Assembly: GCF_000281045.1 (NCBI RefSeq)
Contig: NW_008246069.1
Location: 502,326 to 562,470, forward strand
Length of the DNA stretch: 60,145 nucleotides
DNA from: Saprolegnia diclina VS20
Lineage: Eukaryota
Direction: 5' to 3'
Positions within the stretch are counted from its first letter, which is position 1; the number at the start of each line of letters is the position of its first letter. Under the pieces are notes generated by a model. That model had not been told where the DNA came from and did not search any database. It was given only the letters and a program-made list of their open reading frames with translations. The position numbers and the translations under genes were made by a program. This document shows positions 51,653 through 60,145 of the stretch, piece after piece.

Positions 51653-54001
51653 TTATGCGAGGTTGAGTTCGGCCATGATCGCGTCGACGGTCTTGCCGCC
51701 TTCCATGGCCTTCTCGAGCTCGATGAGCTTGCCGACGCCGTCAATCATAGTCTGGACGAGCTCAACCTCGGACTTGCCGATGCGCGCCTTGTTGGAGACG
51801 TCCCACATGCCACCAACGGCCGCGCTGTGCTCGCCGGCCGACCCACGCGGCTGGAGACCCAGCGACGAGCAGATCGTTTCGAGCTTGTGGACGTCTTCGC
51901 CGAGCTTGAGGAGCTTGACAAACATACTCGCGCGGAGACCCGTGCCGAGGTTGGACGGGCACGTGCCGAGGAACCCGAGGTGTTCGTTGTGCATGAACTC
52001 GTACCCGTTCTTCTTGATCGACTCTTCGACAGCCTTGACGCCCTTGACCCAGCGCGCAAAGACCGCCACAATATCGCCGCCGTCTTGCATCGAGATGACG
52101 CGCATGTGGTCTTCTTCGTTGACCCACACCAAGAAGCTCTTTTCCGTGTTGTGGAAGATACCGCGACCACTGGGCCAGTCGCGGGCAGCGCCGGCGCCCG
52201 TGAGGAGCGTGCCACCACCCGGCTTTTGAAAGAGGAAATGATCCTTCTGGAGCTGGTCTTCCTCCTCTTTCGTCATGTTGCCAAGGGGAAAGTACTTGCC
52301 CGTGAGCTCGGCCTCCATGGCCGTGAGCGCCGTCGAGATGAGGTGCTCGACCTGGAGCCGCTCCGAGCGCGTCGTACCGGGCGGGAGGCTGAGGTTCTTG
52401 ATGTTGCGCCCAGCGCGAACGCGGGTCGAGCCAATGTAGTTGTTGTCGAGCTTGTCGGCGTTCACGAGCTTCGAGACGTCCATGTCGGTGATGTGCTTGG
52501 CGTCGGCCTTGAAGCCGTGCCAGCCTTCAATGACCGGGTCCAAAAGGTCCTTGAAGAGCGTGTAGCACTCTTCGTCGCCGGCGACGACACCGACGCCCAA
52601 ATGCGCATTGTCGAGGCCCGTCTGGATCGCGTCGTCGAGGCTGTATCCCTTCTTTGTGCGAAGGTCCTTGAGCTTGTCGTACAGCTCCTTGGTCAAATGC
52701 TTGGCCATGAGCGACTTGTGCTTGGGCGTAAAGTCCGGGTAGTTGACCTCGCTCGACGGCTTGACGTCGATGCTGGCCTTCTCGGCCGACGTCGTCGTCG
52801 GCGCCTCAATGACCGGGTTGGGCACGCGCTCGGTCGGCAAGAGACCGTCGATGGACTCGCCCGCCTCGAGCTTCTTCTCGAGATCGATGAGGAGACGAAT
52901 GCCGTTGATCATCGTCTGGACGAGCTCGGCTTCCGAGTACCCAATGCGCTGCTTGTTCGAGACGTCATAGACGCCGCCGACGGACGCCGAGTGCTCGCCG
53001 TTCATGCCGCGCGGCTGGAGGTTCAAAAGCCCGCAGAGCTTCTCAAAGCGCTCGAGGTCTTCGCTCAGCTTGGGCAGCTTGATCATGACACTGGCGCGAA
53101 GACCCGTGCCGAGGTTCGAGGGGCACGTGCCAATGAAACCAAGGTGGTCGTCGTACATGAATTCACGTCCCTTTGCCTTGATGCTGTCTTCGACCGACTT
53201 GACCGCGCGGCAGAAGCGCTCAAAGACCGACCCAATGTCACCGCCGTTCTGCATCGAGATGACGCGCATGTGGTCTTCTTCGTTGCACCAGACAAGGAAC
53301 GTCTTCTCGTCGTTGTGGAAGATGCCACGTGCGCTGGGCCAATCGCGCGCGGCGCCGGCGGCCGCCAGAAGTGTCCCGCCGCCCGGCTTTTGAAAGAGAA
53401 AGTGGTCGTCGATGAGCTTTTGCTCGTCCGCGGGCGTCATGTCGGCGAGCTTGTAGAACTTGCCCTTGAGGTCACCGTCCATGGCCGTAAGCGCCGAGTC
53501 GAGGAGGTTCATGACGTCCTTGCGATGCGCGCGCGACGTGGCCGGCGGTAGCGGCATGCCGCGGATGTTGCGGCCCGCTCGGATCCGCGTCGAGATGATG
53601 TACTCGTCGGGCATCTTGGCGTCCGTCAAGTGCGTTGGGTCCAAGTCCCGCTTGTGCACCGCGTCGCTCTTGTAGCCGTGCCAGCCTTCAATGACCGGGT
53701 CGAAGATTTCCTTGAAGATGACATACGACTCTTCGTCGCCGGCCGTGATGCCGACGCCGAGGTGCGGGTTGTCGACGCCGGTCTGGATCGCGCGCTCGAG
53801 CGTGTAGCCCGTCGACGTCTTGAGGTCCTTGAGCTTGGTGTACAGCTCGCGCGAGAGGTGCTTGGCCATGAGCGACTTGTGCTTGGGCGTGAACTGCGGG
53901 TAGCCCGAGAGCATCCCGTCCATGGACTGCGCGGCCTCGATCTTCTGCGCCATCTTGCTCGGCGATGAGCTGCTGCCAGGGCGCGGGGCGTCGGACGACA
54001 T
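51653..54001 (-). CDS. Two-domain phosphagen (creatine-kinase family; taurocyamine/hypotaurocyamine-kinase-like) kinase
   Basis: Intronless. Two complete domains, each with STR(I/V)RAGRN, DHFLF, NEEDHMRVISMQ, TCPSNLGTGLRAS and DVSNK.RIG.SE. Confidence 0.95.
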   Translation of the reverse strand: MSSDAPRPGSSSSPSKMAQKIEAAQSMDGMLSGYPQFTPKHKSLMAKHLSRELYTKLKDLKTSTGYTLERAIQTGVDNPHLGVGITAGDEESYVIFKEIFDPVIEGWHGYKSDAVHKRDLDPTHLTDAKMPDEYIISTRIRAGRNIRGMPLPPATSRAHRKDVMNLLDSALTAMDGDLKGKFYKLADMTPADEQKLIDDHFLFQKPGGGTLLAAAGAARDWPSARGIFHNDEKTFLVWCNEEDHMRVISMQNGGDIGSVFERFCRAVKSVEDSIKAKGREFMYDDHLGFIGTCPSNLGTGLRASVMIKLPKLSEDLERFEKLCGLLNLQPRGMNGEHSASVGGVYDVSNKQRIGYSEAELVQTMINGIRLLIDLEKKLEAGESIDGLLPTERVPNPVIEAPTTTSAEKASIDVKPSSEVNYPDFTPKHKSLMAKHLTKELYDKLKDLRTKKGYSLDDAIQTGLDNAHLGVGVVAGDEECYTLFKDLLDPVIEGWHGFKADAKHITDMDVSKLVNADKLDNNYIGSTRVRAGRNIKNLSLPPGTTRSERLQVEHLISTALTAMEAELTGKYFPLGNMTKEEEDQLQKDHFLFQKPGGGTLLTGAGAARDWPSGRGIFHNTEKSFLVWVNEEDHMRVISMQDGGDIVAVFARWVKGVKAVEESIKKNGYEFMHNEHLGFLGTCPSNLGTGLRASMFVKLLKLGEDVHKLETICSSLGLQPRGSAGEHSAAVGGMWDVSNKARIGKSEVELVQTMIDGVGKLIELEKAMEGGKTVDAIMAELNLA

Positions 54002-54697
54002 GAAGGCTTCGGGTCTCTGCTCCGGGGCGAGTTGGCTTCTGCCGACCGCTTGCAGCCGCCCTTTCGGACGAAACGGCAATCTTAATTTTATTTTGACCAA
54101 TGGCGTGGCGGAATGGCCATTTTATTGCAACCGACGCGATCTTTTCCCCACCAACTTGATATTTGTATGTAATTCTTTGATTTGCAATCCTCGAAAATAG
54201 AAATCTAATTTTAAACAAAAAAGAAACCCCTTATGAAACCTCGGCGAACCAGCCCTCGGCGAGCCCGCGCAAGTCCCTCGCTATAGACAAAGGGCTCTCC
54301 CTCCAATGGACGACCTCCCGTAGCTCAGTGCACCCTTGTGATGACGCGACCGTGTCCTCTTTTTATATAAAATAAATAAATTCCACATGAAAATAACGAG
54401 ATTCGCCTCGAACCCCCTACCAGTCGCGCTCAGATTCGCCGCTTCCTTAAGGACGGTGGATTGAGACATCTTGGCACACTATCGATAGGGTAGCATGGCA
54501 GCTTCGCACTCTATTCGCTTGGCGGCCGCAGCGTCATCATGGCGGTCGACGTCGTCGCACGGAAACGGCAATGTCAACAGTTGCGTGCTTTTAGATTCGG
54601 CACTCGATGGGTCCTATAATGTTTTCGTGCGTCTACATAGATAGACCAAGTAAACATAAAATATCACATTCTATTGCTCCTCGGTGGCTCCCCAGCG

Positions 54698-57600
54698 ATG
54701 GACCTCGTCACGACGTGGACCGAGTCGGGCCAAAGGCTCGCGTAAGCCGCCGACAACCTCGCTTCCTTCCTCATCTTCATGGTAGACCTGGCGCCCTCGC
54801 CAAGGCCGCAGCCAAGGAAGACGACCTCGCGCCGATGCTCCAGGCGCTGCTCTGGGCGTGCGCGACGGACGCCGTGTCCTGCGCCGACTTTGTCGCTGCG
54901 CTCGACGAGTCCAAGCTCTTCACGGCCGACTCGGCGCATGCAACGACACTTGCAGATGCGCTCTGGGTCGTCGGCTCGCAGGTCGAACAGCTACCGTGCG
55001 ACGCCGGCGAGAGCCACTCGAAGGCGTGGAAGACGCTCTGCAAGGTGGTCAAAGACATATCCGACAAGAAGTTTGTGCCGGCCATGACGCTGCAAACGAT
55101 CCTCGAGCTCGACGTGCTGCATGCAGTCGGCCTCGCAAACGAGCCGGCGGCCGTCGGCAAGAAGATCGTCCGCATCAACACGCGCAGCTTGTACACGCAG
55201 AGCAAGTTCAACCTCCTCCGCGAAGAGAGCGAAGGCTTTGCGAAGGTGCTCTCGCTCTTGCACTCGGGCGTGACGCGCGATACGGTCGAAGCTGTCCAGC
55301 GCGACTTGCTTGCGCTCATCGGTACACTGCGCCTACCACCCTTCGTCCCCCTCATGTATCGCTGCAGGCTTCTTCGACTTGGACCCGAACCGCGTACTGG
55401 ACTTGCTCTTGGACGTGTACGAGACGCAGTACATGAACGACTGCTTCGCCGACCTCGTTGCGCCCTTCAAGCGCGAGTACGTCGTGCACCTCCTTGGCTT
55501 CAAGCTCCAGTTTTACCAACGCCCCGAGACGATCGCGGCCAAGCTCGTGGCGCCGCGGTCGCTCTACCGCATCGCCGCCGTGCTACTGCACAAGGGCCTC
55601 TACACGCTACTTGAGCTCTACCCGCACGTGAGCCCGACCAAGGCCGGCGTCTTGGCGAACGAATTGCAGCGCGTCGAGGGGCTCAAGACGGCTGCACGCG
55701 GCTACGGCAAGGTCAACCTGAACGCCAAGAAGGACGACGACGCGCCTGCCGAGACGAATCTCTCGGAGGCCGACGCCAACCAAATGTACGGCATCCTTGT
55801 CGGGCTTCTTGAGATCGGCGCGTATGAGCTCGCGCTCGAGCGCATCCAGGCCTTTGTCGCGCACGACTGCAACCCGCTGGCGTATGCGCCGCTCGCGCGC
55901 CAGCTGTGCGTCACGATCAGCGACTTGCTCGCTTCGCTCTACGCGCCCTTGTCGCTGGCATCCATGCGCCTTGTCGCCACGACCGCCGGTACGAGCCGCA
56001 TTTGGTGTCTCTTTTCTCAACCACCGACCTCTCGTAGCTCCGTCGTCGTCACCGCCGACGCGCCACGTTGTCGCGCCAATCACAACGCTGCGCGAGATGG
56101 TCGACATTGTGTTCCCGATGCTCCACTTGCTTGGCCCGTTCTTACACCACGACCAGAGTCTCTGGACCAAGCTCCAGCGCATCCTGCTGCACGCGCTGCC
56201 CTCGAATGCGTGGCTCGTCGAGCCGCTCGAGGCGCTGTTCACGCACACGCTCTTCCCGACGCTGTCGCTCCACGGGTGCTGCCCGAACCTCGTGTACCAG
56301 ATGTGGGACCTCCTCAAGACGTTTTCGTGCGAGAAGCGGTATGCGCTGTACCAGACCTGGCAAGACAAGTACGCCAACGTCCCAGAGATGATGCTCGCCC
56401 ACGCGCGCACGGTCGACACGACGCGCAAGGTCATGCGCCGCCTCACGGCCGACAAGACCAAGCCGACCGGCCGCGTCCTCACGCACGTGGCGCACGCCAA
56501 CCCGCTCGTGGCCTTCCGCACGATTCTCCAGCAGCTCCAAGCGTACGAGAACCTCATCCAGCCGGTCGTCGAGTCGCTCAAGTACATTTCGCCGCTGGGC
56601 ATGGACGTGCTCTCGTTTGTGCTAATCACGGAGCTCGGTCGACCGCGCCCGTCGCTCAAGCTCGACGGCACCAACGTGTCGCTTTGGCTTTCATCGCTCG
56701 CGAGCTTCTCGGGCAGCTTTTACCGCAAGTACCCGATGGTCGAGCTCAGCGCGCTTCTCTCGTACCTCTTCCAGCGCCTCAGCAAGTGGGAGAGCGTCGA
56801 GCTCATCGTGCTCAGTGAGCTCTTGACCAAGATGGGTAGCTCTACCTCGACATGGAATACAGGCACTCATGTGGCACCTAGGGTCGTGCTTGGCGCTAGA
56901 AGATCTGTCGCAGACGCAGCTCGAGGCGCTTGCCGGCGGCCCGACACTCGGGTACGAGGCGCCAGATCCCAAAGTCATGAACAAGCGCGCGATTCCTCGG
57001 CTTCGCGACACGCTTGTCAAGCTAAACCTCGCGTGGCCGCTCTGCATCGTCATGGGCCAGATGCGCAGCCGCATCGAGCACGACGAGACGACGAAGGAAG
57101 AGCACCTCAAGCTCCTCGGCGGCACGTACGACATGTGCATGCGCACGTTGAGCCAGCTGCTGGCGTTTCTGCACGCGGCGGCGGACCCGAGCTCGTATGT
57201 CGGCGCGCTGCCGCCGCTGCGGGACCTCGTGCACAAGTACCACCTACCGGACGACGTTGCAATGTTGTTGCTGCGCCCGGCGATGCGGTCCGACGACCCG
57301 CTCCTCCGTTCCGGTACATTCTTGATGGCATATATTGAAAGATTGATACATTTACTATATGTAGTGACGCGCAGTGTCCATAGCAGCGCGTCGACGGCAT
57401 CGGCGAGTGACGCGCCCGGGCCAGCGTTCATGTACAGCGAGACGTTTCTGGGCGAACTCGAGGCCACTTTTGTGACATCAGCGCACGACCCGTTCGAAGG
57501 GCTCACGAAAGAGCTCTTTGCGACCTTTTGGGGTCTCACGCTCTACGATATTTACGTGCCCCACGGCCAGTACGAGGCGGAAATCACCAAGATCCGGCAC

Positions 57601-60080
57601 GAGCTCTCGCTGCTAGCGAATATGACGGTACGCCATTTGTCGTTCGAGGCGGATTCCTCGATTTTCCATACTAACCATACGAATTAGACGGGATCGTCCT
57701 CGGAGAAGCGCAAGCAAAAGGAGAAGCTCATGGCGACCATCGACAAGCTCGTGACGGAACAGAAGGACCAAGTCGCGCACCGGAAGCGCATCTTTGAGCG
57801 GCTTGAAGCCCAGAAACACACGTTTTTCACGTTGGCGGTCGACACGACCGTCTCGGAGCTGCTGCAAAAGTGCATTGTCCCGCGCGCGCTGCTGTCGCCC
57901 GAGGACGCCATGTACTGCGCCAAGTTTATGCAGCATCTGCACGAGATCGAGACGCCGAACCTGAGCACGCTGCAGTACTACCACAAGGTGACGCTCAACC
58001 TCTCGGGCCTCGTCCTGTGTACGACCGAGCGCGAAGCGTCCAACTTTGGGATCTTTTTGAAAGAGTCGCATGCGCTCCTTGCGCGCTGGTTCCACGCCCC
58101 CGACGACTTTGTTGCCGAGGGCGCCAGCAAGGTTGGCTTTAGCGTCTCGCTCAACGACCCGAGCGCCCGCATGGAGCACTACCAATACCGTCCAACGTAC
58201 GCCAAGTGGCAAAAACGCATGGAGCGCGTGTACGCAAGTGCGCTCGGCAGCGCCGAGTACATGCCGACGCGCAACACGCTCGTGCTGCTCACCAAGATGA
58301 TCGACGTCTTTCCCGTCTCGAGCGCCAACGGGTCGCGCCTCTTGAAGCTGGTGGAAACACTCACGACCGACGATCGCGAAGATCTTAAAATCATGGCCAA
58401 GCGCTACTCGGCGCTGCTCAAGCGCCGCCTCGGGACGTTTGCGGACCAAAAGGCGCCCCGGTCCAGCCCGAGTCCGGCGCGGGACGCCAAGGATGCCAAG
58501 GATACCAAGGAGCCACGCCGCCGCGAGTCGACGACAAATGAGAAGCGGCCGCGATCGCTCTCGCGTGAGAAGGACGATGGCCGCAAGCGGGGCCGTGGTA
58601 GTGATCCGGTGCGCCGCCGCGACGACACCGAGTCGCGCCGGGAACCTCGTCGCGAGACGCCGCCGCCGGCGCGCCGTGAGAGTGGGAGTCGCAAGGACGA
58701 CAGCAGCAGTGGTCGTGCTTCCAAGGACAGTCGCAAGGAGGAGCCGGCGGGACGTGGAAAAGAGTCGACGGACGCCAAAGACGACCGCAGCCGCAAGGAC
58801 GACCGCAAGACCGACCGCAAGGACGATGGTCGACGCCAGGAGCGCAAGCCCGACGACCGCAAGCCAGATGACCGCAAGTCTGACGACCGCAAGTCTGACG
58901 ACCGCAAGACCGATGACCGCAAGTCTGACGACCGCAAGATGGCGTCCGAGCGCAAGGCTGACGACCGCAAGACTGACGACCGTAAGACTGACGACCGTAA
59001 GACTGACGACCGTAAGACTGAGGGCGATCGCAAGACGTCCGAGCGCAAGACTGAGGGCGACCGCAAGGCGGCCGAGACAAAGCGGGATGCGGACCGCAAG
59101 GTTGAGAGCAACCGCAAGGCCGAGGCGGATCGCAAGACAGACAGTGACCGCAAGGCAGAAGCTGACAAGAAGGTCAACAGCGACCGCAAGGCCGACAACG
59201 ATCGCAAGGCGGCGGCGAGTGACCGGAAGACGGAAAACGACCGCAAGGCCGAGACGGATCGGAAGGATGAAACGGACCGCAAGGCTGAGAGCAAGGTGGA
59301 GAGCGACCGGAAGGCTGAAGCTGACAAGAAGATGACGAGCGACCGCAAGACTACCAGCGACCGCAAGTCTGAGAACGACCGCAAGTCTGAGAACGACCGC
59401 AAGGCGGAAGCCGACCGCAAGACGGAAGCCGACAAGAAGACCAACAGTGACCGAAAGGCTGAGAACGATCGCAAGGCGGCAGCGAGTGACCGCAAGGCCG
59501 ACAGTGACCGCAAGCCTCTGCCCGACCGCAAGCCAGAGGCGGACAAGAAGACGGAGAGCTCGACGGAGAGCAAGTCGGAGAGTCTGCGCAAGGAGGCGAC
59601 CAAGCCCGAGGGCAGTCGCAACCAAGAGTCGAAGGACGTGGCCAAGGACGGCGAGTCGGAGGAGGCTGCGTTGCGCCGCCAGCTCCAGGAGAAGCGGGGC
59701 GACGTGCGCAAGATGGTGACGCTGAATCGGAAGCGCGAGCGCGACGAGCCTACGGTCGAGGACCCGCCCAAGCGCCGCATGACGTCGTCGCTGGACGAGG
59801 CTGAAGAGAAGCGCATCGTCGAGGCCAACAACAAGCGGCTCGCAGAAGAGCGCAAGCAGCGCATGGCCGAGCGCAAGCGCAGCGAGCCGCGCAACACGCC
59901 GCCGCCGGCCCCGCGCCGCGACGAGAAGCGGTACAGTTTTCCGCTTTGGCCACTTGAACTCATGCCGCGTCTATCCTAGTGACCGCTCCGTGAATCGCAA
60001 CCACGGTCATGGCCGACGGTACGCTAAACGAGCTGCTTTCGATCGCCGTAACTCATCATTGGACTAGACGCAACCGCTAA
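54698..60080 (+). CDS. THOC2: THO complex subunit 2
   Basis: YTQSKFNLLREESEGFAK, GFFDLDPNRVLD, TRKVMRRLT, YENLIQPVVESLKY, FWGLTLYDIYVP, PRALLSPEDAMYCAKF, CTTEREA and DREDLK. Long charged tail. Confidence 0.95.
58783..59550 (+). repeat. Coding 15/18-bp repeats encoding DRK units in the THO2 tail
   Basis: A GACCGCAAG core recurs every 15 nt (KSDDR/KTDDR) and then every 18 nt (KAEADR, KSENDR). Confidence 0.92.
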
Positions 60081-60145
60081 GCCCTCGCGTACTAGCTCGA
60101 TGCTCTATACACAAATATCCCTTTGTTCAGTCTACATTTTGCTTA

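Noticed and set aside
51582..53551. Long plus-strand ORFs
   Set aside because: Antisense shadows of the GC3-rich phosphagen kinase.
57613..59963. 519-aa and 670-aa antisense ORFs
   Set aside because: Shadows of the repetitive THO2 coding strand.

Overview
This is gene-dense eukaryotic DNA with many short (about 40-60 nt) GT-AG introns, oomycete INR/FPR-like core promoters and a two-domain phosphagen kinase. It is most likely an oomycete of the Saprolegnia type, which is an inference from sequence style only. There are two assembly gaps (776-1130 and 22050-22639). About 25 protein-coding genes were reconstructed by hand across introns. They include two tandem diacylglycerol kinases, mitochondrial RF2, LRRC34- and MORN2-like genes, a Ctr copper transporter, two short bZIP/M96-like paralogues, a SAPS/PP6 regulator, DDX42, LSM6, FAN/NSMAF, SSNA1/DIP13, a CAMK kinase, a cyclophilin, a mucin-like membrane protein, an IPT/TIG protein, an AAAP transporter, CDC26, a RING plus Myb-like factor, a WW protein, an adenylyl-cyclase-type membrane protein, a pseudo-NDK, a two-domain phosphagen kinase and THO2. 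The most striking non-genic structure is a 190-bp-arm fold-back (23047-23444) built from the 5' end of a coding gene. It lies just downstream of a captured, inverted copy of a promoter found 20 kb away (2730-2938 vs 22789-23024), making it a candidate hairpin-RNA/endogenous siRNA locus. There is also a 544-bp TA-flanked MITE with perfect 74-bp TIRs. All family assignments come from motif recognition; no database search was run.
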